Shown: one piece after another, positions 38,301 through 52,640 of the stretch | Position numbering within the stretch: position 1 is the first letter of the stretch | Layout of the letters: each line of letters begins with the position of its first letter | From: Camelus ferus | Taxonomy: Eukaryota | Direction: 5' to 3' | Length of the DNA stretch: 64,000 bases | Assembly: GCF_009834535.1 (NCBI RefSeq) | Contig: NC_045696.1 | Coordinates: forward strand, 80,478,001-80,542,000 | Made by a program: the position numbers and the translations under genes | Notes under the pieces: model-generated | Databases searched by the model: none | Told to the model about the DNA's origin: nothing | Seen by the model: only the letters and a program-made list of their open reading frames with translations

Positions 38301-41300
38301 AAGGTGTTTGGTTACCCTTAAGCTTTATTTTAAAGGAGTTATAGTCAAGTTTAGGACCCTTGTGATAAAAGAATCTGTGATACAAGGCTTGGGACCACCA
38401 CCAGGGAGACGCCCAAAAGAGGAAACAGATAACCTGATGACAAGCAGAAAAAAGAATTCTACAAATTGGCTTGTCGTTTACCCTAGAGCAAAAATTCTCG
38501 TAATATTCTTCCTTCATTTTATTGTATTTCTAACACTTCTTACTAATTCCAGTTTCTTTTTCTCTGACTCATGAGAAGGGGAAAGGAAAATTCCCTTAAG
38601 AAACTCCTTAGGAAAAGTTAATAATTTAACTTTCAAAGTTTTCTATAAATGATTTTATAGGAATTTCCTCACAACAAACTAAACCATTTCAATGCCCACA
38701 TTACATGAACGAGAGGCATTAAGATATAAGATTCAATAAAGCTGTAGTAAAACTGACAACACTCAGAACAGAATAAACCCTTAGTAACCCACTTTTGGGC
38801 TCTCATCTTTCATTGAAGAATTTTTTTTAAATGAAAGAAAGGAAAAGAGATAGGCTCCTTACATTTAAACTGTGACTTTTTAAAAATCATGACTTGATTG
38901 GACAAGTGGAAGACAGAAGATCTGAGTGATATAAATGCATATTAAAAACAGGTATTAAAATATCAAACCCATATGTCTAATTCTCTATTAATATCAAGCT
39001 ATTTGACCTGTAAGGTTTAAAATAATATGGGAACTCCCCAGGCAAGTTCTTGGAAATGTGTTTTTGCTGTGTTCCCTCAGAGAGAGAGATCTCCTCAATA
39101 CCAGTTCTACTTCATTTCTTCCCCAGGACCAGTCAGGAATGCTCCTTCCCACAAGAACATATTGTTTTAGAATTTTTAAAAAGTGACAGGATCTTTGAAT
39201 TTTCTCTTAAATTTGTAACCTTAGACATTTGCTTTGCCACACAGAAAAAAATCTAGAAATTGAGATCGAAGTAATTCTAGATATTCCTACTTCTAATCTT
39301 AGTTATTCCTTAAGTACAGAAATTCCTACAGGTTAAAAAAAAAAAAAGTCCATTTCCAGACACGCTTCAGAGGACATATTAAATTGTAAATCCCTTAAAC
39401 TACCATTTACCTACTGACAGCACTAAAAGCCGCTAAACGATTTAGACCACTGGGTGTCTGAAGGCTGATAATGGAGCATATGTTGCAGGCACACAATGTT
39501 TTCTTTTTGTAGGAGGCAAAGGAGGAGGAATGGAATGACTGGCTGGGCAGCAATGGCTCTCTTAAAATAATAAACTTTCAAATGTTTCTAGTCAACCACA
39601 ACATACCTTATTTTGCTACAAACATACCTACTTTCACCACGTGTCCACCTTTCACATGCTGGCTTCCATTTCTAACCCTGAACAATGGTGCTAACATACA
39701 GGGTAGGCACAGGAGAAAGCCACTGTACACATCTGGTGTTTATAGGGGGAAACCCCACTATTGGATTTTTTTATTTCAAAGTACTTTCATTAGTAATGTA
39801 TACAGCTGTTTTCTGTTGGCGAATAATCAGAGCTGTAACACACATGCACACGCACTCCAGGCACAACTGCCAAGCTGTTTGTGCTCAGCTGTAAAACGCT
39901 GGAATTCTGAGTGTCAGGGGAGATGCCCCCGTACTTCTCCCTGCTACCCCACCCCTCCAAAAAAATGGTGAATACAGCTGTTTTCCTCTCAGGAATGCCA
40001 AAAGCATGCAATTCCTCCCACTAAACCTCCCCCAAGCCCACCTCCACCAGTATCATGTTACCTATTCATACCAAGAGATGAAGAGAGTTTTAAAAAGACA
40101 TCCCATTCTTTAATAAAAAGAATCGAGGCGGGAAGGAAATGCCGGATATCCAAGTTTCCAGTAGTAATATGTACCACATCTACAACAAGGAAAACAGAAA
40201 TCAAGCGGAATTTTCTACTAAATAAGAAGTATAAAGTACTAGATCATACTCACATAAAACGGCAGTTAATTTGGGAGAAGACGAACACATGCTTTTGAAC
40301 TATGTGTTTTTAAAGTATGTTCTTAGCCTGCCTTAACAGAATCATATGAAATGTTTATGTTACTTGTCTGGTGTGTCACTTTGTTTTATAAATAAAGGAG
40401 CACCTTCATTTTGAAATAGCAGGACAGGGAGCTTCAGTTTTGCATTTCTGTAGACTTCCCCCCGGGCTTGGCTTACCACCTTTGTAGGGCCACAGAGACC
40501 CAGCACAGAAGGCCTTTGTGCACAGGTCTCAGCCGCCTACCTTCACACAGCCACTGGCAAGGGTCTCCAAGGAGTCCCTTTCTTTTCCAACTAAACACAA
40601 AGGTTTTATCTTACAGTAAACAAAGAAGACTTTTAACATTAGAGCAATCCTAAGGCAGTGATGCTCTAAAAGTGGCTCAAAGATTTGCATAATGAAATTC
40701 TATTGTCTTGGTTTGAACTCAAAGCTATTTTAAAAAAGGTCAATAACAGGAAGGGCATGTTTCAATAGCTGAAAACTACATTTACAAAGTATGTTTCATC
40801 TGCACTCTCCTAATGGTTTCCATAGGAAGTTCTGAGAAGACCAAGTGAAAGGAGTAGAAGTTATACACAGCCCTGCTCCTATGTAACATTCTCAGAGTCT
40901 CCGCTCACTGGAAGCTTGCCTTCTGCACATTCTCCCCGAGCCTTAAGCAGCTCCAGGAGGAAGCAGGAGGGGAACAAGTGGTTACATCCTCCCTTCCTCT
41001 CTCCATCAGCTCTGGAAGCCAGACTGGAATGGAGAATGGGGGCAACAGGCAGGTAAGAAATGATGCATCTGTAGTCAAGGAATCATAAACCTTGCCTACC
41101 CCCCAACCCCAGCCATTATCACAGCACAGGTGAAGTTTTGGTATCTGCCCTGACCCACAAGGTCCTCTATTCTGTGGGTCACCTGTGGTTGATTCACTTG
41201 AGAGGTGGGGAAAGGGAGATGACAAATACATGATTCGTCCATAATCCTGAATATTCTAAACTCAACTAAAGAATGACAGAGAAGGTATGGCCAGATCCTA

Positions 41301-43162
41301 GGGAGGAAGATGCTACAGGAATCTAGAGAATTAGGAAATAATTATCCCCTTTAGACTCGAATTTCTGTTTTTAAAAATCAGTAGGAGAAGGAGGGGGAGA
41401 ACCTGGCTAATACTTTTCAACATATCAATTAAATAACAAGATAATGAAATTTAAACCAAAAACTTAGATTTGAGTGTTAAAAATTCTCCTTGAAGGAAGG
41501 TAAACAGTAAACCTCGAAAGGAAGCCCGTTCTGTGTAAAACAGCAGAGGCAGCACAGAAACTGACCGCAGTGGCTTATGCTGATGCGTTGAAGTCAGTCT
41601 TACAGGATCCTTTAGTTTTTAAAAATTCTAGTTTTTAAGAATTTTTAAGTTTAATTAAGCAATGAATTTCCTTCTTTGTTTTACACATAAAATGTGAAGG
41701 TACTGCGTGAAAATTTTCATAAAATGCTATTTAAATGGAAATATTAACAGTGAGCTTTCAGAATGGGGAACAAAGTATGTCATCCAGTAGAAGTGAATGG
41801 ATCAGAGCAACCTACTTGGCACACACACTGCTTTCATCATTCAGTGTTACATGGCATGCTTCCTAATGAGAACAGTTAACTCAGCCCGCTCTTTTCAAAG
41901 GGTAGGTATCATAAAATCAATCCCTGTAGGTTTTTCTGGCTGCATGGCCCTATCCATGAAATGGTTTTTAATCATTTGATACTGGCTAAGTGGCTAGGAA
42001 ATGTATGACTCATCTCCACTGTACTTCAATGTTGTTTCCACCAAATGTGCAATCCTGGCAGCAAACAAAACCATCCTGATTGAAAAACATCTTCGTAGGG
42101 AGCATTTAATCCCTGCATCTATTCTAATATTTAGTAACTACTTTGTGAGCACACACAAGCACCAGACCCCACTCCTCCACCTCCAAGAACACCCACTGGC
42201 CTGTTTCTACAGGCAGACCTTCACTCTGAGCAATGGGCATCCGGCAGAAAGTTGCACAACATTCCAGAGCCCCACTCAGGCCACCCCTTCAGTGGCTTTT
42301 CTACAGGGCTGTTGGGCCCCGCTGGCAGCACGGACGCGGCTCTTGGTGTTCCACGGGTGTTCAAGGCATCCTCGGCACAGAACTGACTGTGGGCGCTGAC
42401 ATGGGCCTGCTGGTGAAGATCAGTGATGCGTGCATTCTGCGTGTCACTCAAGAAAACAGGACTGACTGGCGTAAGCCAAACTTTTACATCAAGGTAGGAG
42501 TGAGGAAAACTTTGAGCAATCTCTCTTGGCTGTTTGACTTCAAGGCCCATGTGTAAGTATCTAAAAGTGGGTCTAAATTATAAAACACTGAGTTATTAGT
42601 TATACACACATACACATACATCTGTCACCACCACTGCATGATTAAAAACGAGTGCAAGTTGGTATATCGGAACCTTACATAACATAATGTTACATACCAA
42701 ATTTACCTCAATTTTTTAAAAAATGAATGAAGACATCTCAAAAAAATTTTTGTCTCAAAAGCAAGCTGGACTCCCTGAGCTCTAAAAATTTATGAAATTA
42801 TTCTAGAATTGCTTACATGCAATAACATTTACACACAAAAAAACTAAATGATTATTATAAAAGACTTTTAGCTAAGAATAAGATGTTGGGTAATTGTTTT
42901 CTAAAGCTGAATCCTTTTAAAAGAAAATCTTCTAAAAATAATCCGCAATACCAGTAAATTAATCAGTACAGTTTTAGCATACACATCATCTAAGCACAGA
43001 AGCAGACATGAGACTAAGGCACACCTCTGTAGCCTAACTTTCTTCCCCACTGTTGTCCCCCTATCTATGAGCTTTTCTTTCCCTCACTGCGACTAAATAT
43101 TAATGATACAAACACAAAAGATGGCAGTATCATTCTCCTCGTTTCCAGGCATCCCACTGAGT

Positions 43163-43598
43163 CCGTGGTTATAAATATTTAACGACAAATGGCTCTCCAG
43201 GAAAAAAAAGGGGAAGGTATGTCCTGGATTGTAGTGTGTGCCAGTTTTCTTGGCATAAATATTCCTGCCATGGCCAATATCAACCCAGCAACATGACATC
43301 ACTGATCAAGACTTGGAAAGACATGCCCAGCAACACACTGCTATGTAGCATTTCCACCATTTAGATCGACAGACCTAGAAAACCTCAAAAGTGTAGACAG
43401 CAGCAACGTGTAGTGAAAAATCAGGAGGGGAGGAGTATTACGTATTTATTATCTTTGTTACTAAATATAATTTAAATTGTAAGCCCTTGTGTATCTTAAT
43501 GTTTAATGATGACTGTTTAACAACCAGGTCCCAAGATGTCTGAAAATTTGACAGTCAGGTCTTGGGAGATGGTACAAGCCACCGCCAGCATCCCACTG
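43163..43598 (-). mobile_element. MER63 (hAT-Blackjack) non-autonomous DNA transposon, near full length (MER63B-like)
   Basis: Reverse complement starts cagtgggatgctggcggtggcttgtacc...tcaaattttcag...ggttgttaaac...cttacaatttaaattatatt...aacaaagataataaatac...atggtggaaatgctacatagcagtgtg...cagtgatgtcatgttg...ggccatggcaggaatatttatgcc, which follows the recalled MER63 consensus throughout. Confidence 0.85.
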
Positions 43599-44269
43599 AC
43601 AGTCTGCTCAGTTCCGCTGCAATATCTGGGCAGAGGTGCAACAGAATGGTAGAGACAGCAACGCCTTCCCAAATTCCCGTAACTTCGAAATGGCAAAAAT
43701 CAGAGTAAAAGAAAAGAGAGCTAAACTAACCTGGTCGAGTCCTTCTATATGATTAGTAGGAGAGTAGGAGGGGCGGACTGCTGTATGAAACTACTGGGCT
43801 CATAGAAGCGAATCATGCTAAGAAAACAGCAATATGTGTGACAATGGTCAGTTATCAGCTAATACTTTTAGTTATTTTCACTGGTTATAACAATTTGAAA
43901 ATATGACAATTTGAAAAAATATATACAAATCTGAAAAAAATGGGAATAAGTAATACATTACATGAGCAAGCACACTGAGCAGCCAACGATACAGTCATTA
44001 GCCTGTTCTGTGTAGAGAAAAGACCTCACCGCAGCATTAAAACAGATGCCACACCAAAATCCTGTCCACACTGGGAAGTTCAAAATAAGTACGCCACTGG
44101 AATATGACCCCTTTTTCTGAGAGATGTGCAGCTCATAATCATCTCCTAGAAAACTAAAAGAACTACAGCGAAAAGAGCTCAAAAGCTGTGGAATGAGTAA
44201 AAACCACAAGCAATCTCTCAGTGCTTCCACTAAGAAGTCATGTGATCCCAGCCAAAAGTAAAGCCAAAG

Positions 44270-44380
44270 TATTTATCCATCGTGTGCCAGGCACTGTACT
44301 ACATAATGAAAACACAATGGTGAACAAGACAGACACAACTGCAGCCTTCATGGAGCGCACATTCTAGGGAGCAAATAATG
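44270..44380 (-). mobile_element. L2 3' end fragment
   Basis: tgtgccaggcactgtact...acacaatggtgaacaagacagacacaactgcagccttcatggagcgcacattctaggg. Confidence 0.75.
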
Positions 44381-44682
44381 GAGCATTTGAGAGCCTTAGT
44401 TTCTCAATCTGTAAAATAGGCTAACCACTATTCCAACCTCACAAAGCAATTAGGATAATTAACAAGACAATGCAAATGGCACAAAGGACACTCATCTCTG
44501 TTCTACAAAAGATGCATTTGAGGTAGCAACAGAAAAGTAAATGACACCATTTTCAATCTCTTTTTATTACCTTCTCTGGGAAAGAGCTGAAGAGGAACAG
44601 AGATGAATGGATCTCCAAAATTCTAACCCATTTGAATGGGTATAGAAACAAATCACTGTTGGGACTATCAAGAGTTCTTATA

Positions 44683-44738
44683 TTGACACAACATTGTAAA
44701 ATGATTATAAATCAATAAAAAATGTTAAAAAAGAAAAA
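44683..44738 (+). mobile_element. Ultra-short young L1 3' end insertion with 13-bp TSD
   Basis: ttgacacaacattgtaaaatgattataaatcaataaaaaatgttaaaaaagaaaaa, flanked by aagagttcttata at 44670-44682 and 44739-44751. Near-identical to 12086-12151. Confidence 0.88.
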
Positions 44739-44989
44739 AAGAGTTCTTATAGATTCTGATTCTTTAGCCATTACCTGAGACAGTCATAATTACTCTTAAA
44801 AGAAAAATGAACACACCAGAGACTTAGGATCTAGATTCCAGAGCGTCTGGAACAAGCAGACCATGACAAGAGCACATGCATTCTTCAGGTGAATTACTTC
44901 TGACTGTAATTTTAAGAACCATTTCAATGGTGAGAGATCAAACAACTCAACATAGCTTATATGCTCTCAGTCAACAGAGGGCCAATGAT

Positions 44990-45100
44990 CACTCATTCAT
45001 TCATTCAATTCATGAAGTCATTCAGCAAAAATTCAGAGAACCTACTCTGTGGCAGGTATTGATTGAGGCACTAGAAATATAGCAGTGATCAAAGCAGTCC
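44990..45100 (-). mobile_element. L2 3' end fragment
   Basis: cattcattcattcaa...cagagaacctactctgtggcaggtattgattgaggcactagaaatatagcagtga. Confidence 0.7.
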
Positions 45101-45615
45101 AATAAATACTGGAAAAATAGTCATGAGTTTGGCTACAAGATCACAATCCTCATAATTCAGAATGGAATGGGTAGCTTCCAAAGTCAATGCACACACATGT
45201 TCTGAGCTAGATTAATAAATCTGGGCCACAAAATCTAAAATACACTTCATATAGACGTTTACTCTGAAATATACATATTTTACAGTTTCTTGATTCTGTA
45301 CAATCTAATCTCTTTGGTTTCAACTTCAACGGTCTGAAATGTGCCCAGCAACCCTTGCTCCTGGCAAAATGCAACATACCTTAAATTGCTGGTTGAAATG
45401 AATTAAATATAGTTTCCTAAAGTGTCAATATATTTCTTAACATAAGTCTGTGCACTTTAGGCCCTTTGTGTATAAAAGGTATCTGAGAAGCCTTCTTCTG
45501 GTACCCACTGCCTCATATTCCCACGGTGCTTGAGCATTCACTGAGGAAACAGAAATATCTCCAAAGAACAAAAATAGAATGAAACAGTGTCTCCTGATAA
45601 TCAATTTATTTTCTA

Positions 45616-45659
45616 GCATACACACACACACGTATACATATACATATATATATATATAT

Positions 45660-45698
<39 letters not shown>
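45616..45698. repeat. Compound (CA)n-(TA)n-(TG)n microsatellite
   Basis: gcatacacacacacacgtatacatatacatatatatatatatatacgtgtg...tg; uninterrupted purine/pyrimidine alternation. Confidence 0.95.
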
Positions 45699-45699
<1 letters not shown>

Positions 45700-47339
45700 A
45701 ATATTCCTGGATTTCATAATGTAATGTGATTCAGGAAGATTATGACAAAATTCAAGATAGTGAACATCCATCCATCATGTAAGTAAACAATTTGTCAGTT
45801 TTTTTGTATCTCCCACCACCACATGTAAACACTGTTCTATAAAATGGACATCTTTATGAGACAGTCTATAAAATGGGATTTTAGTTATAGAAAACAAAAT
45901 AAAAATTTATGACTTTAGAGTCAAAATTTAGTGTACTAATAAATTCATTTCCACTCTGTATGGTACAGTATGAAAACTCAACCTAAAGCAAGTTTATTAG
46001 AGACTGCAGCTGTACGCAGGTGGAAACAAACTAATTTGGTCTAAAATATTCAATTATAAAAACAAAACAAAAAAATGTAAAGCGATTCAGTGGTCCTATT
46101 TCAATTTTTAGTATCAATGAGAGAATCTGCTTGCTTCATTCTTCCTTGAAACCACCCCCCCCACCTCTGCCACCACCAAAATTCACTGAAGCATAGAATT
46201 CACTTTTGGGTAGGCTTCCCTTACAAACATAAGAGTTCAAATATTCCTAAGATATCTTGAAAAAAATATACTCAAGAGTAAGGCATATAAATAATTATGC
46301 TACTAACTAAAAAACGTAATAAAATATTTCATATGATTAGACAAAATATTTTCCCCCAAACAACAACCTAAAGTCATTGATATTCAAGAACTAGACATCA
46401 AGGCAGTAACTCAGTTAATTTTTCTCTCCTAAAGCACCGGAGAAATCACCCGACAGGACTCTACATCACTTGTATCTGTATCTATGTTTTTAAGTTAGAG
46501 GAAAAAAAAGCAAATCCTCCCAGTACAAGTGGAATTTTCCTCTCATAGGAATCATATAGTGAGTATTTATAAATACATTTTTTAAATTTCATATCAAAAA
46601 AGTTTAAAATTTCATATAAAAAAATTTCATTCAAAGAAGTTTCCATTTCCTCATACTTGAAGTGATAGTCTTATTCTTTCCTATTAAATTAAGCAACATT
46701 TGCTTTTAGGTTACTGTTAGGTTTTCAAAATACTAGTTTCCCCCTTTCCGAACAGTAACTTTCCTCCCCTGGTACGAAACAGTAGTCAACGCAATCAAAA
46801 TGCCGCATCTTTCAGCACTTCCTTCCACACATATACACGTGTACACAAAGACACGTACTCACACCAACACACAAGCACGCACACACAAAAAGGTATTATT
46901 TCTGAATAGCTAGAATCTTTTAAACCAGATGTTATGAATTCCTCTGAAGTGTAAGTACTTGATTCATCATAAACAAGTGACAATTTATATAAACTGGACT
47001 TAGAAGACCAATATTAGCAAACCACAGACGTACTGCCTGTAGTTGCCTATATGTTAGGGAAAAGGTACCAAGTTGGTAACCTAAATAAACAAGTTCATAC
47101 ATTTTTAACTTTATTCAAAAATTTACATGGCAAGAGAAAAAAATCACTGGATTGGAAAAAAATCTGATGGCATTCACCTAAGTGATCTAGTTCTCAGTTA
47201 TATTATAATCGAGGGAATATACCAGTGATTTTTCAATAGCACAGACAGGATTTCCAGGTAACTCAATGTCCACTTTGCTTCAAGGAAATAAAAAATAGAA
47301 CTCCACATGTGCTGGGTGAAATTTTAAAAGGAATAAAAA

Positions 47340-47787
47340 CACTAGGAGAAATGCAAATTAAAACCATGATGAGATATCATTACAAGAACTACCCACCAGA
47401 CGGGCAAAATATTTAAAGTCTGAAAATATTAAAGACTGATAAGGTTGTGGAAGAAAGAATTACAGTGTTTTGAGAGTCTGGCATTACCCAGCAAAGCTGC
47501 AATTCTATTCTTTGGTAAATATTCCAGAGAAACTGCAGACCTGGAGACAGGGACAAGAGTGTAGCAGCACTGCTCAGCGCATCCAAAAACCAGGAACAAC
47601 ACAAACGCTCCCCAAGGAAGGAGTGTAGAAATAAGGAACTGGAGCACTATCTGGTAACAAAAACATGACCACCACATAATATCTGTGAAACGTGTAAACT
47701 AATTATAGCAAACGTTAGGAAATGATGCATATAGTATGGATGGTTTTATTTATAAAGTTTAAAAACAAGCAAACTAATCTACACTTC

Positions 47788-47835
<48 letters not shown>

Positions 47836-48150
47836 CACATGTGCTCATATGCTTGCAGTAAAACTACAAGGAAAAACAACCAAAAAAAAATTATTTCAAA
47901 AAGTTAGTGAACTGGAGGGGGTTGAGAGGAGGCAGGTGGGGAGATGTGATAAGGAAGGGCACAGAAGAGATTTGTTAATGATTACTCATGTTCACAATAT
48001 TCAGTCATCTTCATTATTAACTGTTACCTAGAACTACAAATTTCTGTTTTACAATCTAGGTGGGTTTACGAGTATTTCCTTTATAATTGTTCTTTAACTA
48101 TACATATATTTTACGCATTCTCGTTGTACATCTGATACAGCTCAAGATTA
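47340..48150 (+). mobile_element. Ancient L1 (L1MC/ME-like) 3' fragment containing (TG)n at about 47788-47832
   Basis: gaaatgcaaattaaaaccatgatgagatatcattac...aaaaaccaggaacaacacaaacg...catatagtatg...tgggtttacgagtatttcctttataattgttc. Confidence 0.7.
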
Positions 48151-48399
48151 AGCTCAAAAAGATCTGATGTGAGCTTCTAAAAAGAATTATTTTTTTGTAG
48201 CATCTATGTGGTTTGGTCAATGCTGGGATCTGAGGTCAAGGTTAGAAATCAAGAAGCATGCTGGTTCTAGCACAGAGCTTCATTACAGCTCACAGTCATC
48301 CCAGAGTTAACCACATCCTACCTCCTTGGGTATATAAATACCAATCCCTTGAAGGGACAAATGCTAACAATGCAAAGAAAAGAAAGGAAAAAAAAAACC

Positions 48400-49125
48400 T
48401 AAAATTGCATTATAACCCTCTCCCCCCTATAAAAACAGTAATAACCAAGTGTTGGTGAGGATGTGGAGAAACTGGGAAAGCTCATACATTGCCAGCAGGA
48501 GTGTAAAATGTTGCAACAACTTTGGAAAACAGTCTGGCAGTTCCTCAAAAAAAATATAGAGTTAACACATGACCTAGCAATTCCACTCCTAGGTATATAC
48601 CCAAGAGAAATAAAAACATATGTCCACACAAAAACTTGTACACAGATGTTCCTGACAGCATTATTAATAATAGCTAAAAAGTGGAAACAACTCAAATGTC
48701 CATCAGTTGATGAATGGATTAAAATGTGGTATGTCCATACAATGGAATATTTAATCTGGCAATAAAAGGAAATGGTGTACTGATACAAGCTACAAAATGG
48801 ATAAACCTTAAAAACTATGTTAAGTGAAAAAAGTTAATCATAAAAGACTACATATTATATAATTCCATTTATATAAAATGTCCATAATAAGGAACTCTAT
48901 AGAGATAGAAAATAGATTAGCAGTTGCCTAGGGCCGGGGTGTAGGGAAATTGGGGGTGACAGCTAATGGGTACAGGATCTTTCCAAGTGATGAAAATGTT
49001 CCAAAATTGATTGTGGTGATAGCTGCACAACTGTGAATACACTGAACCACTGAATTGTACACTTGACCTAGGTGAATTGTAAGGTATGTGAATTATACCT
49101 CAATAAAACTGTTATTATTTTTAAA
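48400..49125 (+). mobile_element. L1 (L1MB-like) ORF2 C-terminus plus 3'UTR
   Basis: ORF 48463-48765 (LWKTVWQFLKK.IEL..D.AIPLLGIYP...KTCTQMF..AL..IAKKWKQ.KCPS.DEWI.MWY.HTMEY) is the L1 ORF2 C-terminal segment. The 3' end reads gaattgtacacttg...gaattatacctcaataaaactgtt. Confidence 0.95.
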
Positions 49126-51739
49126 AATTGTATTACAGGTGATCCCTGCCATAAATAATAGAAACAGTCCTCAAGTTGTAAGGCTTCAGTAAATACGTGC
49201 ATGTGTCAGATAAACTTCTACATTCAGCCCCAAAGCCTCGGAGAAATCTGACTAGTCATAAACCTAAATGCTGCACAAAATGGCTTTGTTTCCGATTCTT
49301 GGTACAGTAATCAATAGTCATCCATCAGAAGCTGAGCAAGAATCCATGGCAGCCTGCAGAACGTGCTAAGTCTTATATGCATGCAAAGCAGTTTCTTCTA
49401 TAAGTGACCCATAACCTCTTTTCTGAAATGATTTTCCAGGGCTCTCCATGAGAGGAAAATCTGAAACTTACTAAATTCATTAACCAGAAGGTTTCCTTGA
49501 GCTTTCTTGACTTCGTATGTAGAGATTTTTTTTTTTCCAAACCACACTGGAAAATAACAGGATTGGAAAAACGATCAGTGAGTTCATATTCCAGCCCACC
49601 AATGTCCAACAGCCTGCCTAAATGCAGACGTGAAACTAAAACACTTCCAATGTCATTCAATCCTATCCTAATGAGAGTTCTACCTAACAGTTAAAAACGA
49701 ACACAACTGGAAAAGTATAGAAATACGGTACCAAGAATAATCACTGTTTAAGAGCTTTGGAAAAATCAAAAATCACCCCTGGCTCCCTCTCACTTTGGTG
49801 ATCTTATTTTCCTTGCATGATTTTTTTCACTTTTTAAAAATTTATTTTATCTTAATATATAGTATACTTATCTGTATATTGCCAGCAATTCTTTCAAAAG
49901 TAAGTTGGGGTAAAAAAAAAAAAAAATCCAAAGGTGAAAATAGGGATTTCTTCCATTGTTCTGAATTTATACTATTTATAATAGTTACAGCCAATATAAA
50001 TGTTTAGTAATAACTTACTATTATGTGGCTTCTCCATTGTAAAAGCCTAATTATAAAACCAAAGGCCAACATTATTAAAGTTTTTTCTAATCTTTATAAA
50101 CAATAAGTACACTTTAAAATATAGTTATATAGACGTTTCTATTCATCTTTTTCCACTATTGGATCGTACCTCCCCAGCCCACCAAACTGACATTTCTGAT
50201 TTATAGTTGGCCTTCTCCTTTCTCTGTTCCACAACACCACTGAAAGGAGTGGACTGATATTGTTTAGGAGGCAGTTTTCAATGTCTTGACTTTTTAGCAG
50301 CTCTCTCATTAAGATTTAATATGACTTCTTAGAGTTGGGGTCTAAACTCTAGAAGATGCTAACATGGACCATAGCAAGGACCAGACTAAGTAGCTGGCTG
50401 GTGAGCATAAAGAACAAAGCCATAGAGAAGAAACTTCAAGAAATGTAGTCAAGCCCTGGGGGGCACAAGGGGCAGCTCCTCCCTAGCAGGTGGGATGCTA
50501 AATCCACAACAGGCAAGGCCCACAGAGCACAGCCAAACTTTAGTCCCCCAGGCACAGGCCTATGAACAGAGGGTCCCATTCAAAAGAACTGGCGTAGTAC
50601 TGTGATACCCACTGCTGCCCTTGGCCTCAGGGCCATGTCAGATGAAAAAGAACAGTTTACAGGGAGGCAGAAGATTGAGACTCCACCCACAAGGAGAGAG
50701 CTGCCCACTCCCACACACATATATGTACCCTCTGCAAGAGACCCAGGACACAAACATGCTGAAGCCAGGAGAAGATCCAGATGTGCAGGCTGGACCTCAA
50801 TGTACAATTTTATTTGGGGGAACATGGATCCAAAGGCACTCACCTCCATGCAGAGCTGACCAGTGAAGTGGTCCTCCAAGCCTTTGGCCCTGAGGTTTAG
50901 AGTCACAGAAGCCTATTTCAAATCTCAAAGTTCATGAGGATGCGGCTCCTGTACAGTTTCCACATCAACAGTCAAGACTCAAGACAGATGGGATGGTGCT
51001 GGGATATATCAGGGACTGATGGGCTTTCCACAACTTTTAGTGAGTTATCAGTTCAGTTCAGCTGGGCCCAAATGATCTGCTTCCCCATGTAAAAGCTGAT
51101 GAACTGGAAGTGACTGGCTGCCCTGGATCAAGATACTCTCTCACTTGGACAGGCTGTTTGCCATTCTGCAAATGGATCGGCCCATTTACAAAAGAACCCT
51201 GTTTCCTACCTGTAAAATGAGAAGGTTAAATTAATTGACCTCTATCTCCTCATCAAATCTAAAATGTTGCAATGTCTGTGCTCTCTAAAGATGGCAAAAC
51301 ATACAGAAGGCTTCTGTAAGGGTAAGATATCTTACAATACACAAATGAGTGGTGAAATTTTAAAAAATGGATCTAGACACTAACTTGAAAAAAAAAAAAA
51401 GAAACTTTCAGCTCATGTGGTTCCTTTTCTGATTATCAACAGCTGTTATTTCAACCCAAAGAGACCCAAAGATCTAGACTTTATGATCATTCTAGTCCTT
51501 GGGGGCCTCAGTGACAGCTGTACAGAACTTCAGACTTACAAATCAATTATTATTTCATTTGTCTTCATTTTTGTGTGTGTGTACTTCCTTTGTGGTTTTT
51601 CTACTGATTTTCTCAAGATAAGTCAAAGCTAACCCAGCACTTCTAAATGAAAACTCATAAGTACTCATTTAAGGAGAACTGACATATTTCTATTGAGTCT
51701 TTTATTTATCTTCAATACTGATGATAAAATTCATTTTAA

Positions 51740-52475
51740 AAAATTCTAAGGCTTACTTTATATAGCTACAGTAATTAAGACTGTGGTATTAGAGAAGGGA
51801 TAAATATATAGATCAGTGAACAGAAACAGGGGATCCAGAAATAGACACACACAAGCTGGAAAAGCTTGGCAGTTTCTTTACAAAACTACATATGCAATTA
51901 TAATACAACACGGCACTGTAGTCGGGCATTTTTATTTTTAACCGCCAAAAACTAGAACCAAATGTCCTTCAGCAGGTGAACTGCTAAACTGTGATCTGTC
52001 CATATTATGGAATACTACTCAGCACTAAAAAGGAACTACTGGTACATACAACTTGGATAGACCTCCAAGTATGCTCAGAGGGAAAAAAGCCAATCTCAAA
52101 AAATTACATACTGTAAGATTCCAATCATACGATATTAAGTCACAAAATCATAGAGATAAAGAAGAGTTTAGTGGTTGCTAACAGTAAGGGATGCCAGGAG
52201 AACAGAGGAGAGCCTTTTGGCAAAAGAATAGTTCTTGATTGTAGTAGTGACTACACAAGCCTACCCACACACACAAATACATGTACATGGACAGTTGGTA
52301 AAATCTGAATAAACTCTGTGGGCTGTACCAACGTTAATTCCTGGGTTTGATATTACATTATGTTTATACAAGATGTTATTACATTAGGCAAAACTGGGTC
52401 AAAGATAGAGGGGATCTCTCAATACGTTTTTTTCCAACTTCCTGTGAATATATAATTATTTCAGAATAAAAAGTT
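51740..52475 (+). mobile_element. Old L1 (L1MC/MD-like) fragment with internal deletion
   Basis: atagctacagtaattaagactgtggtatt...gatccagaaatagacacac | ctggaaaagcttggcagtttc...ggaatactactcagcactaaaaagga...caacttcctgtgaatatataattatttcagaataaaaag. Confidence 0.85.
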
Positions 52476-52489
52476 TTGGTTTTTTTAAT

Positions 52490-52640
52490 ATCAGGAGCTT
52501 TGGAATCATCTTGAGATCAAAATCTGGTTCTGCTATTTATACTACTGTGGATAAGTTACTTAGCCATTCTCAACTTTGATTTCTTCATGTTTTAAGTAAG
52601 CATAATAATTTTAGCTGGCAGCTTAATGAGAATTAAAAAG
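52490..52640 (+). mobile_element. MIR fragment
   Basis: ggagctttggaatca...aatctggttctgctattta...ggataagttacttagccattctc...ttcttcatg. Confidence 0.65.

Noticed and set aside
48463..48765. 100-aa ORF with clear protein-like sequence
   Set aside because: It is the decayed L1 ORF2 C-terminus, not a host gene.
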